DNA from: Lytechinus pictus
Lineage: Eukaryota
Length of the DNA stretch: 64,000 nt
Direction of reading: 5' to 3'
NCBI RefSeq assembly: GCF_037042905.1
Contig: NC_087252.1
Coordinates: 21,578,001-21,642,000, forward strand
Made by a program: the position numbers and the translations under genes. Shown here in pieces: positions 52,461 to 64,000 of this stretch. Position 1 is the stretch's first letter. Each line of letters starts with the position of its first letter. The notes below the pieces were generated by a model. The model ran no database searches, was not told the DNA's origin, and was given only the letters and a program-made list of their open reading frames with translations.

Positions 52461-53140
52461 GGTGTGATGGTATGAGCTCAGCCAAGGATGACAAAGACCG
52501 CCAAATGGCCATAGAGCATGTAAGGGATACCGCCCATCACAATCGTAAGAAACGCTTCATTAATATCTCCATCGATATCGCTTACACCTGTTCCGCAGTC
52601 CAAGCATTTACGCTTGTCAAGAAATTTCAGGTGTAAACCGATGCCAATCCCTGTCTCTCTCTTCCCCACTCCCCATCTCTCCACCCGACTCTCCTCTTTG
52701 TGTTTCCTTGCGGGAGGACCTTCCTTGGGACGTTGCCACGGCGACCCGACCCGGACAGGGATGAATCCATCCCGGTGGGTTTGTCGCACGGGATTACGCC
52801 TTAATTTGGGCCTTTTCCGCCTGCCAGGGGGAGGGATCACGTGTCCCGCGACTATTAGAACCCTACACCGGCCGAACCTGAGTCACGGCGAAAGGTGGGC
52901 GCTGGATTAGCTGTACAGGTGCGATCCCCGTGACCCCCATCACCCCGTCGTTTATTTGTTTTAGATCGCAAATACGACCCGTCCGAGCCACCCAGCAGTA
53001 CCAACTCATCGTTGACGAGGGGACTGATGATCCAGGTGGTGGTCGACGATATATCCCTGACATTTCTGCAATCCAATCCTCGCACAAACATTCCCTCATT
53101 TCATTTACAAGGACTGTCCCTTTGCCCTTCAAATCTCCAT
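52460..53140. promoter_or_regulatory. CpG-rich unique island, candidate cis-regulatory module
   Basis: Markedly higher GC/CpG than its flanks; X-box-like GTTGCCACGGCGAC (52732-52745), GGATTA sites, CACGTG, TGAGTCA. Confidence 0.4.
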
Positions 53141-53224
53141 GACTCATTTTTATGAAATAGACTCGAGTTGGAGCAATATGAAATAGAGTGATGTGGGGTG
53201 GATAAAGATACAAGTCATTTCATT

Positions 53225-54030
53225 TTCCATCCGTGACCTGTCCCAAAAGAAACAAAACGGTTGTACATTTGATGTGCAGGTGTGGGGTATGATACTTTTA
53301 TCTGATACATGCAGCAATTACTACCTTGCAACCGTGTCTTTTTTTATCATAAAATCTGTCAGGTATAGTCAGTCATTAGTTCTTGCTTCTTTAGATGAGA
53401 AAAAAATATCAAAGTGATTCCGAATATGATTTCAACCATGATCTGTTCAAAATAACAAAATAGGTGGATATTTGATGCGCAGGTGTGGGGTATGATACTG
53501 ATGTATGCAACAATTACTACTCATGCAATGTTATCTGTTTTTCTCATCAAATCTGTCAGATATAGTCAGTCATTAGTTGCTTCTTTAGATCTGAAAAGGT
53601 ATCAAACTGGTTCTGAATACGATTCCAACCATGATCTGTTCAAAAGAACAAAGTGGTTTAATATTAGATGTACAGGTGTGGGGTATGATACTGGTTTTGA
53701 TGTATGCAACAATTAACACCTATGCAATGGTATATTTCTTCTTGATCAAATTTTTCCAAAAAAATCAAGTCATTAATTCTTGCTCCCAAGACCAGAAAAA
53801 AATATCAAAGTGATTCTGCATACGATTTCAACCATGATCTGTTCAAAAGAACAAAGTGGTTTAATATTAGATGTACAGGTGCGTGGTATGATACTGGTTT
53901 TGATGTATGCTACAATTATTATCTATGGTATCTATGTTCCCATGCCATCTGCCAGATAAAGTAAGTCATTTGTTCTTGCTTCTGAGACCAGAAAATATAT
54001 TTTTGAAAAACTGCTTCTGAATATGGTTCA
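53225..54030. repeat. Diverged ~200-bp tandem repeat, about 4 units
   Basis: CAGGTG..GGTATGATACT anchor at 53277, 53480, 53673 and 53876. Confidence 0.92.
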
Positions 54031-54410
54031 TCACCTGAAATTCAGATTGCTGATTAACAGTGACTAGGTTTTTACGACATCATTTTTTTCCCCGTTTGAT
54101 TAAAAAAATATATAAATCTGGTTCCACGAACAATGTGTCAATATTGTTTTTCAACTCAGTTTAGTCATGTAAAATTAATGTGTCGTAGACAAAGTTACAT
54201 CTGTGTTAAAAGATCCTGTTGATATGCAGTAGCCGACTATTTTCGTATTGATGTAAAATTATGTGAAATTTAGGTTTAAGATGGGTTGAGTTTCAAGATC
54301 CTTTAATTAATTAATCAAGGTTTGAAAATTTTGATCTGAAAACTAGCACCTGTATGTGAGTGCATTATTAATGGATTTAGAAAAAAAGATCTCCACCCCA
54401 TATGCACACA

Positions 54411-54689
54411 ATAATGAGATAATGTAACATTTATGAAGGCTGGTCTATCTAGTTGCATACATTAAGGAGCACTTATTGTTCCAGCCTGAGCTGTAGTTCC
54501 TGTTTCTAGCCTTCCATTCATCCAAGGAATCCATCCGCTCAGGGACCCAATACCAATTCACCTCACTTGGGTTGAGTGCAGCACATCATATGCAATTTAT
54601 TTGCTGAAGGAAAACACACTAAAACGGGGATTTGACCCCACAACCCTCTGAGTGAATTGAGAGAGTTGGACCACAAGGCCACAATGCCC
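54411..54689 (-). mobile_element. Degenerate tRNA-derived SINE (family A)
   Basis: ttcacctcacttgggttgagtgcagcac...ttgctgaaggaaaacac body; tail resembles the 48878 copy (catttatga...tatctagttgc). Confidence 0.8.
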
Positions 54690-55214
54690 TTGTATAGAAT
54701 GTATAAGTATTCATTTTAAAGATGTATTGAAAAATGAATGAGGTGAATCAATTGTCAAAAGTTTCAGACTTAGAATTGAGGTTGAAGAGTTTGGGAGAAG
54801 GAAAATTATGAATTCAAAATGCCATCACTTATTACATAGCATCAGCCAGTCAGTGTGTCTAATCACTTTCAAAACTAGTTTTTCCTCTGAATTGTAACTG
54901 TCATTCGATAACCCAAAGTTATGAATTTTGAAAGGCGTTAGTCATGCATTGATGGACACCACCGCCGCCTTACCGAATCCTTATGGATCCGAGCTAATAT
55001 ATGTCAAGCGCACATCAAATTGACAATTCCCCGGGTGTATAAAAATACCATTCTTGAATTATGAATGCACAGGTGAACGAAGATGATGCCAGCACTCATC
55101 AAAGTGTCATTTTTGGGGAATTTGACAGTCCGCTCCATTCAGAAAAGAATGCTTGTTCATCAAAAATTGATGACGGGAAGGGTGTGTATTACAAAAGGCA
55201 TGCAGGAACCGCAG

Positions 55215-56116
55215 AGCCATTCAGGTTTAGGTGGCAAATGAAATTGAAACCGTCTTGGTTGAGTAGAGACACCATCACAAGAAAGGACCGTTGGTTTTCA
55301 AGCCTCAGAAGCCTTTTCAGGTTATTTTTTTAGTTTTTTTATCAGTTCCTTGTAAAAAAAAAGGATGATGGTAAGAGTTTAAATTTTAGGATTCCATACA
55401 GCCCAAATTCAGGTTTAGGTGTTGAATGAAATTGAAATGTCTCGACTAAGTACAGACCATCAAAAGAATGCTTCATTGGTTTTCAAGCCTCAGAAGCCAT
55501 GTTAGGTTATTGTCATTTTTTAATTATCATTTTATTGGTTCCTTCCTCTTGAAAAAAATAACAAAAAACTGGATAAGTGCCTACATTTTAGATTTCCATA
55601 GAGCCCATATTCAGGTTGAGGTGTCATATGAAATTAAAACATCTTGAATGAGTAGAGATTGTTGAAATAATGTACCGTTGGTTTTCGAGCCTCAGAAGCC
55701 ATGTAAGGTTATTGTAAATTTTTATTGGTTCCTGAAAAAAAAAAAAGAACTGGATAAGTGCCTAAATTTAAGTTTCTTTAAAGCCCAAATTCAGGTTTAG
55801 ACCTGTATTAAATGAAATTGAAATGTCTTGAATGAGTACAGACCATTAAGAGAATGCACAGTTTGTTCTCAAGCCTCAGAAGCCCTGTTATAATAATAAT
55901 AATAGCTGGATTTATAAAGCGCTTTTTGCCTGAGGATACAAAGCTCTGCTACTATTACCCCGGCTTTAGCTCGAGCTACCATCACCGGCGCTCAGTGCAT
56001 GCAAGGAATTACTCCTGCCGGGTACCCATTCACCTCACCTGAGTGCAGCACAGTGGATAAATTTCTTGCTGAAGGAAAACACGCCATGGCTGGGATAAGT
56101 TACATGTAGGTTATTA
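55215..56116. repeat. Diverged ~190-bp tandem repeat, about 4 units, last unit interrupted by a SINE
   Basis: TTCAGGTT at ~55220, 55408, 55610 and 55790; AGCCTCAGAAGCC four times; unit sequence resumes (catgtaggttatt) after 56100. Confidence 0.9.
55890..56096 (-). mobile_element. 5'-truncated SINE (family A)
   Basis: (AAT)n, tail AAAAAGCGCTTTATAAAT on the minus strand, body ccgggtacccattcacctcacc...ttcttgctgaaggaaaacacgccatggct; tRNA head missing. Confidence 0.9.
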
Positions 56117-56501
56117 TCAAAATGATAAGTTCACATCTAACAAAGATTGAAGATAACACCAAAGTGTTCCTCTTGACAGCAGACCAACGTGAGAGAATTA
56201 AGCAAAGCATTTGGTGTTGAGTTTGTTCAACCAATCAACGCTTGAATTCATGGTGTAATTTAAAGTTCTAAGACATTTATTTGTTGTGTTTTGTTCATTT
56301 TCTTCCCAGTGATCTCTACCTTAAACAACTGCAAAAAAGAAAATCTGATCATAACTGCACTACATTAGGGTTTTTTTACTGGTATTTACAGCAGCCAGTA
56401 TTACTAGTATACCATGAAAACTAACGCTACATAGTGTCAGTACGTTAATGTCAAGTTAGCACTATATAATCCCAAATCGACATCAGTTTCTGTAGTTCCT
56501 G

Positions 56502-56669
56502 GTGGGTGTTTCATAAAGCTCTTCGTAAAGTTCCGCAAGACTTTACGCACGAATGGTGACCTTTCTTGTGCCACACTATCCCTATGAAGCTCACTTAGCA
56601 CCTGAGATCATGTTCCAGTCGTGCGTAAAGTTGTGTGTAACTTTACAAACAGCTTAATGAAACACCCAC
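56502..56669. mobile_element. PIF/Harbinger-like MITE, CTG TSD
   Basis: CTG|GTGGGTGTTTCATAAAGCT ... AGCTTAATGAAACACCCAC|CTG. Confidence 0.9.
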
Positions 56670-57849
56670 CTGGTAAACACCCTAAAACACTACAATACTA
56701 TTTATATTTTCAACACCTGTGATGTACTCCCATATGTGGTTCATTCATATTTGCAATTGATCGGAAATCTTGATGTAAACATTGTAATAAGATTGTTTTT
56801 AGAGTTACTTAGTGAAAACCATCTATTGCAACATATAACACAAGAGCCAGGGATAGGTTGCACATGTTTATGATGCATTTAACCCTTGCTGCCACTTTCA
56901 TTATATGACCCGTCTTAAGGTACGCATCGACCTGTTACTTTAGCTCCCCGGCCCGAGGCTTTCGGTCGGTAATAAAGTAAGCCCGTTTTTAAAGCCACGC
57001 TCCCTCACACCAGCGACACCGTCTTCTAGATATAGGTGTATTAGTAATTTGGGCAAGGTATTCTAATTTGAGAGAGAGCGAGAGAGAGGTTGGAAAGAGA
57101 CTAGTCTGCATGCACAGACCCTGATAGAAACTTTGATCAACAAGTGGGTCTCCATGCAAAGACTAGCACATACAAAACTTGCCGAGGGCCTTCAGTACAC
57201 AAGGCATTAGTAGGCTGCTCATTCAGACCCTTAATTCGAGTGAAGGGTTTGCATAGTAGACTAGAGAGAGACTGAGCCAAAGAGAAAAAGAAATATAGAG
57301 AGAAAGCGAAAGAGAACGAGGAAGATAGAGAAAGAGTGCACATAGAGACAGATGGGAAGATAGAGAAAGAGAGAGAGAGAGAGGGATAGAAAGAAACAGA
57401 CAGGCAGAGATGGAGATCCCTCAATTTTCTCAGATCATTATGTTTATCATAATTTGCTTATATAAAATACTTTGTTTTACTTATGGAAAACAAATTTGTA
57501 TTGTACCTACGTCAATTTATATTGTTTGTATAAGTTTCATTTGCAATTGTCATTTTAATTATATACGTCCACTTTACTTTGTTCTGCTGAAAATGAAATA
57601 AAACAAATTGAATTGAAAAAAAATCAGTGAGACATGGTATAGGTGGGATATAGATAAAGGAATGGGGGCAGATAGAGAGACATAGGTATGAGAGAGAGGG
57701 GAACAAATACTAACCAAGAGGAAAGAAGAGAGATAGAGAAAGGGAGAGGGGGAGGAGGTAGAAAGATGGAAATGTATAAGAAAGAGAGGGAAGCAGGGGG
57801 GGGGCCTGGAGAGGGTGGGGACTTGAGAAAAGGAAAGAGTAGACTAAAT

Positions 57850-58076
57850 TAAAACTGATCTACCATGCACATGATACTTTTTGCTGTTTCATTTTTTGCC
57901 AAGGTAAGGCTTAGTCCACAATATACTGCGCCAAGAACCATGCATGCCACTTACAGTGCAGGGGATTTAATCAGAGTTTATTACTGAAACTTCCCTTTAA
58001 GCACCCGCCTTTTTTGCAAATAACTTCTCTTTCTACTCCAAATAAGGCACGGTAGTACATCAAGACCAAGGTAAGA
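57850..58076 (+). other. Second candidate recursive splice site with a 167-nt cryptic exon (57904-58070)
   Basis: No AG in 57843-57901; branch-like ACTGAT; T-rich tract; AAG|GTAAGG (57901-57909); downstream donor AAG|GTAAGA (GT at 58071). Confidence 0.4.
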
Positions 58077-58142
58077 TCAAAAACAAAATTAAGTCCCCAA
58101 GTTATGTTTTAATCGAGTTTGTATGATACGTATCATTTGAAG

Positions 58143-58158
58143 ACCCTAGGGGGCAGCA
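58143..58158 (+). promoter_or_regulatory. CTCF-like motif
   Basis: ACCCTAGGGGGCAGCA versus the core CCASYAGRKGGCRS; motif match only. Confidence 0.35.
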
Positions 58159-60609
58159 GACGCATATCTGGGTTTTATGGAGGGTCATGACGATTAATCC
58201 TGCACGCTTTTCGATTAAGGAAACCAGCGAAGCGCTTGAAGATAGGTAAAAAATATAACATATAAAGGTTCACGGATTTACGGGGAAATCTAATTTGAAG
58301 AAGAATGATACGGATTTGGCGTGCTTCTTGTCGATTCCAGAGAATTATATGACTATATTTTGGTCTCGATTGTAACATTATAAAAAGGGAAAGATAAAGC
58401 ATAATTGCATGTAGGAAGAATTATAATTGTGTTAGGGACTTGCCTGTCAGTTGAAGGATGTCAGTCAATCTCATCGCTTAAGGAGGTAGATTTTCTAATT
58501 TCCGAAGAGAAAATCTCATTTCTAAGTTGTATCGAGAGCAATGATGCTTTGTCGATACTTTTGTTTTTCGAAAAGAACTTGTTTTGGATTTTGAAGTCTT
58601 TTTTTATTTATCAGTAAGGAAATCCAAGGGAATTTGATATGTGCAGAATCCATTGATTGCCTTTTTATTGTAGTGTTCGAGAAGGGTTGACTTTCTTTAG
58701 CAAATGTATTTATTAATAAAGTTTTATTGTCATATGTTGGATTGTTTGCTATCTATTTAAATGATGAATATGTGCTTTTAGTTTCCTTTGAAAATATATC
58801 ACCATGATAACTGGATCTCCTCTTTAAAAAGTGTGGTATGGGAAATTCTCGTTATTCTCATTTTTTTTTCTCCAGATTTTTAGTGAAATATTGCATATGG
58901 CTTAATAATTATCAGTTAGAACAGTCTTAATTTATTCTTTGCACAAAACGTAAATGTAGTTTCAACAATAAAGAAATATATAAATGATGCAGACAGAAAA
59001 TGGACAAGTGAAAAAGCCACTATATCACTATTAGAATTGGGTTAACAATTCATAGTCCCCCCTTCTAGAAGACATGTGTCTAACATGGTAAGGTGGGGGA
59101 TTTGAACAATTCGCATTTGTTCTGTGCATTGTGTACAAGTGAACTCTCAAATTAGAGACAATTTGTTGCCAATTTTGTTGCCAATTTGGTCAAATATTCA
59201 GCATTCCCAAATCAGGGTTTACGTGCATCACAAATAGCACTAAGATAAAGAATAATCAGTGTTAATTTGAGCACCATTGTTTTCAACTTGAAGCATTTCA
59301 AAAGGCTGTAAGCACTTTTTAACTGTATTAATTTAAGTTGACATGTTTTGAGCAGCTCTTTGAATTTGATAAACAACTGTGGGACATTTGTTGTTGTATT
59401 CATGAGATGTAAAGCTGGAGCCTGTCCCTTCTGGAGGTGCAGTACAGAACAGGGTTAATTCTTTGATAATTGCTTCTTTATTCATTTTAAATCAATTATC
59501 AAACCTGCTAATGCTTAATTTTGAAATTCTCATAGTAAAGGAAAGGCTTGTAAGTTTAACAAGGACTTCCCAGTTCCATATGCCACAGGTAGATAATAGC
59601 AGCCAAATACACAGCTAAATAACTAAAATTATCAACTGTTTTTTTTTTAAATAGTTGCCAATTTGCAGTGTGGATTGAGTCTGTGGTCATTCCTCCCACT
59701 TGTATTGCAAGAGATACTTGTAGCTTCCCCTTATTCAGTGATATTGCAGTGCTAATAAATATCAACAGAAAAGGGACAATAAGACTGCCCAATCTTGAAC
59801 GAATGTAATGACGATTGATGGTTGCCAATTTGATGACCTGTTACGAGTGGAGCATCCTTATTCACTTTGTCAGTTTTCCTATATCTACCAATCTTCAAAC
59901 TCGATCACCCTTCCTGCATTCGTATCTAATTAATAAACACCAACTGAACGACTCCAGGATCAAACTCCTCCCGATGCTGGCCATAGTCCGTGCTACTCTT
60001 TTAATTTCCTGTTCCTGGTGTTTGGGGGGTTATCGAAGGATGAGCTGGCGATGTCCGACATATCCCCAAAGAAGAACCCAACCACGGGAATAAATGGTAA
60101 TTGGTTGATTGATTTTAAGGGACTGCGACTGGCTCCGACCCAGCGCAACCCACCATTTATCAGCTTACATTCCGGTCTGTTATTCGAGCTTGCAAGAACG
60201 AACAGAGCGCAAAAAATTGTTTACCGGTTCTTGTGGATTTGCTTACCCCCCCCCCCTTCACGGCTCGTATTTGGGTCAATTATGGAGCTTTGATTTTTGC
60301 CACAAGTGTTCGTTTCCATTCGGGAGAGAAATTAATGAAAAACTAATGACTTTCTTTTGTTTTCAATCTTGGTTTAATAAATTCTAACTGCAACTTTTTT
60401 GTCTTTTGTTGGCTTATTTGGTAATTGTTTGATTAATCGTAATTTGCATAAACTAGTTCAAGAAGGCCACCAGTTGAAACTATATGACACTAGTTCTCAT
60501 TGTGAACAAAGGAAATTGGCTGATTGCCATTTAATATGAAAATAATTGTAAGAGTGATATTTGCACTAAATTGTCAAGGGGATTTTGAAAAACAGGAATG
60601 GTTATTGGT

Positions 60610-61052
60610 GATCTTGTCAGAAGCTTATTGCAAGAGGGTCTTAAGTTCATTGAGTTGGCTTCCTTGAACAAAGTTTCTGAGATGATCTTATTGAAACCTG
60701 CCTGCAAAGAGGTCTTAATTTCATTTAAGGTGGCTGCCATGAATAAAGTTGTCAAGATGACATTGTTGGAACCTTAACTGCTGCAAGGAGGTCGTAAGTA
60801 CTTGTAGGTGACCCCCCATGAACAGTGTCATCAAGCTGAACTTGGAAGAACTTTTCTGCTAGGAGGTCATAAGTACATTTAGCCGACTCCCACAAACAAA
60901 GTTGTCAAGCTGACCTTCCTAGAGCAAGACGGTCTTAACATGGAGGTAGAAAAACTACCTCCATGGTCCTAAGTACATTTACATGTAGGTGCCTCCCATG
61001 AATAAAGTTGCCAAGCTGACGTTGTCAGAATCTTGCTGCAAGGAGGTCCTTA
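60610..61052. repeat. Decayed ~75-80-bp tandem repeat
   Basis: Recurring ctgcaaggaggtc.taagtacattt...catgaataaagttg.caagctgac. Confidence 0.75.
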
Positions 61053-62449
61053 GTGTTAACCTTGTAGTTTTAAAAGGACAGGATGGGCCATCTTCCGGAA
61101 AACCTTCTGCTGAACTCCACCACCGTGATGTCAGTCATCCCAAGCCAATAGGAAACCTTCGGGCACACTTGCACTTGAGGATTTTGATGAGAAGTCATCC
61201 CTCGTCGTCGGAAGATTGAATAATCATCTCAAAATGACACGGTTCACATCTAAAAAAATGTTGGAGTTTTCCAGAAGAGGATGGAGGATGTGTGAACCGA
61301 ACGTTTGAGTTATGAAGATTGATTAATAGAGTAAGTGTACTGAAAATGTAAGGATACTAACGGTAAATAAGTGGAAACATATCCTTGCAGGGGCAACAGA
61401 ATCATCCAAAAAAGGTCAGAAGATTGGTAAATACATAACACCCATTTCAATTGACCAGACAAAGTGACCTTCATTTTCTTTTGATTGAGAGCTATCATGA
61501 TCCCCCTGAAATATGAATGAATGAAAAAAATAGTGATTTAATGATGTCTCTTCAGTAATGATGTAGGGAAAATTTGAATTTTAAGGGAGATGGAAATGAG
61601 TGAAGAGAAGGGAAGACAAGATAGGAGAAAGATCGGAAGGGGAAAAGTGGAAGAGGTACAGATGAGGCCAAATCAGGAGCCAATGGAAGCTAGGAATGGG
61701 TGAAGGGGTGGGGTGAAAGTAGAACAGAAATATGCTTTATAATTGTTAATCTTGTGATTGCAAAAGAAAGCCGGCTAGATCCAGAAATAAGTTGATGCTG
61801 TAATGGAAAATGTGATTTTTGAAAGCTTGTCATAGCATCCACTGGTTAGATGTTAGTGTATTATAAGAAACAACCATTAATTCAAGCCATGAAACTTCTC
61901 AAATCTTTAAAGTAATACCTCCATTTCTACTGAAAATTAACATCGATTTATATTTCTAAAATCCCAAATCCTGCATTAGCAAATAAACTCATTCCAGCGG
62001 GAACTTTCAGATGTGAACCATCAACCACACCTCTACCATATTTCATTTCCATTTTTTTTTGACAAGCAGAAATGTAAGTCCAGGGGGCATATCCGTAGTG
62101 TGTATTAAATGTATGAGTAATTTCCGTTAACACTTGTTTGAAGAAGGCGATCGTGATTCTCGATCTCCGGGAACGATGCGCTCGGGGGACCGACCTGTCT
62201 CCCGGTTCGTTGAGATGCATGCAGCGATTTTGATTAGGATCCATTACGGATCTCATCAATCATAATTTAGAGTTCATCTTGGTTCGATCTCATGAGTTTT
62301 TCTAGGTAATGTCTTGCTCTGATTTGATTAAATGTCTTTTATAAATGATATTGTGTTGGTTGTGGTTATGATTGAGAAGATATGCATCCAGGCATGTCTG
62401 GCTGAGAGGTTTTTATTGAATCTGAAAGAAGTAAGAACTGTCAAATGAT

Positions 62450-62622
62450 GATCCTATATTTCCTCTCCAACATCGCTCCTGTCCTGATATCTCATAAGGC
62501 ATTGGATTAGGATTAAGATTATGGTTTTGGATTAGGATTGATGTCAGGGTTTAATGTTTGGATTAAAGTGCAGATGGACTGACCATCGGAGTGGTTGTCA
62601 CCTGAGCTAATTTCATGGAATC
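62450..62622. mobile_element. Degenerate relative of the MULE-like MITE at 30817-31018
   Basis: Right end ggagtggttgtcacctgagctaatttcatggaatcc resembles ggagcaattgtcgccggagcaaatgtcatggaaccc; internal ggattaggatta repeats. Confidence 0.7.
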
Positions 62623-62869
62623 CTGTTAACCTATTGAATGTAAATTTTTGTTCAATTTCTATAGGCTTTTTGCATGGGTCGCCTAGCACTCGGGAGGCAA
62701 TGGTTTATGCAAAATGATAATAGTAATATATAACATTTAGACATTACATGGAAATATATAGCGAAGAAGGAAAAGAAGGAAAGTTGGTCTGATCACAAGA
62801 TGCATGCTCTAGACCAAAAGGTAGGAGAGCATGTCATCATAGCACGAGAGTAAATGAAATGATTATGAT

Positions 62870-63303
62870 TAATACAATGGTTCTTAGCGCTGCACACTAT
62901 TACACAGCTTTAGCACGGCTACTGGGATTGGGTACATGTAGGTGTAGTAAAGGAATTAGAAAGGAATGGACTCAAGAGCATGTCGAGGGCAGCTTCCATC
63001 TTTGTGGACAAACTCTCAAGATCTCGAAGGCCACGGGAGCAAAGGGCACTCGAGCAAAGACCGACAATGTGAGGGTACACAAGTTGGAAAGGTGTTAGGA
63101 ATACTGATGAGGGTCGCAACTGAGGTTGCAATTTGTCCAAGATCATGAAAGATTTTGGCTGAAATTCTTTGGTTTGGGTTCAAAATGATTTTAATTAAAA
63201 TGCACCTCGACCCTAGCTAGCACTAAGAATGGGCTCGTGACAACCCTGATTTGAAGGCACGTCCCTCTAACTACAAGGCAAAAAGTCAGAACCACTACAT
63301 CAC
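62870..63303 (-). mobile_element. Possible fragmented family A SINE (tail-side module 62896-62922, head relic ~63248-63303)
   Basis: actattacacagctttagcacggctac resembles actattaccccggctttagctcgagctac; ccctct...aaggc...agtcagaaccacta resembles the head of the 44923-45188 copy. Confidence 0.45.
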
Positions 63304-63390
63304 ATAAATTGACAGAAAAAAAATGAATAAGAGAGATGAAACGAGAGACAGAACGTGCAAAAGCAAGAAAAAAAATATCTCAAAATTAAA

Positions 63391-63406
63391 ACGCCACCTG
63401 CTGCTC
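63391..63406 (-). promoter_or_regulatory. CTCF-like motif
   Basis: Minus strand GAGCAGCAGGTGGCGT; motif match only. Confidence 0.35.
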
Positions 63407-63820
63407 CGGGCTCTGTGCATGTACAGCCAAGAATTTGTGTAAATTGATGAGGGAAATATAATCACAAACTATTGACTTCTCGCTCTGTTCTTTTCCTTTC
63501 ATGAGAGTTTGAGACATCACTCTGGCTCCTTGCCCCGTCTTGTCTTTATTCATGCAATATATTCACCCTCCCAGGCAAGCATGCAACGTCTTGGAATATA
63601 TGATGAGGTGTTCATCAATTTGTTTTTTCCATCTCTTCATTTGATGAAATCTGCGATTCTTTTATATCATTCTCGTACGGTTGTATCATTATTGGTCGAA
63701 TTTTCATTCATGTCTGACAAACAAGCCAAGTAATTAAAGATTTTTTAGTTATGAGTGGTGACACGATGATGCGTATGTTATTTTCTTTTTTTATATTTGG
63801 CATAGAGTTGCTATTTTTGT

Positions 63821-64000
63821 TCACTCTTCCCTTTTCGGTTCCCTGGGGATTCGGTATTACCCAATGCTTAATCATGTGACCAAGATGGCAATGTCATGTG
63901 ACCAAGATGTCATTGTCAGGCGGCCCGTTGGTCACTCTTCCCTTTTCCGTTCCCTGGGGATTCGGTATTACCCAATGCTTAATCATGTGACCAAGATGGC
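63821..64000. repeat. 111-bp tandem repeat running off the window end
   Basis: tcactcttcccttttc.gttccctggggattcggtattacccaatgcttaatcatgtgaccaagatggc at 63821 and 63932. Confidence 0.9.

Noticed and set aside
51782..52636. Longest ORF in the window (284 aa)
   Set aside because: About 80% is a CT-rich tract; the short complex C-terminal part resembles no protein I recognise
61085..61302. Partial inverted matches (catcttccggaaaac / gttttccagaaga; cggttcaca / tgtgaaccg)
   Set aside because: Probably a MITE relic, but consistent termini and a TSD could not be defined
63104..63150. CTGATGAG...GAAA, hammerhead-like spacing
   Set aside because: Stem II does not close next to GAAA and no stem I/III pairing was found

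Overview
AT-rich animal (eukaryotic) genomic DNA with no supportable protein-coding exon. Its repeat content and GA/CT tracts resemble an invertebrate deuterostome such as a sea urchin (inference only). The long ORFs in the track are translations of microsatellites or purine/pyrimidine tracts. The window reads as one very long intron or a regulatory gene desert. It holds tRNA-derived SINEs (shared body, different 3' tails), many non-autonomous DNA transposons identifiable by TIR and TSD (hAT-like, PIF/Harbinger-like, CMC/EnSpm-like, MULE-like, Kolobok-like), local tandem repeats of 80-200 bp, microsatellites, and short CpG-retaining unique islands rich in homeodomain/TALE/RFX motifs. The most striking signal is a textbook recursive-splicing site on the + strand: a long AG-free polypyrimidine tract followed by CAG|GTAAGT at 36854-36862. 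A second GTAAGT donor lies 60 nt downstream, defining a cryptic exon with stops in all three frames. A second, similar candidate lies about 21 kb downstream (57901-58076).
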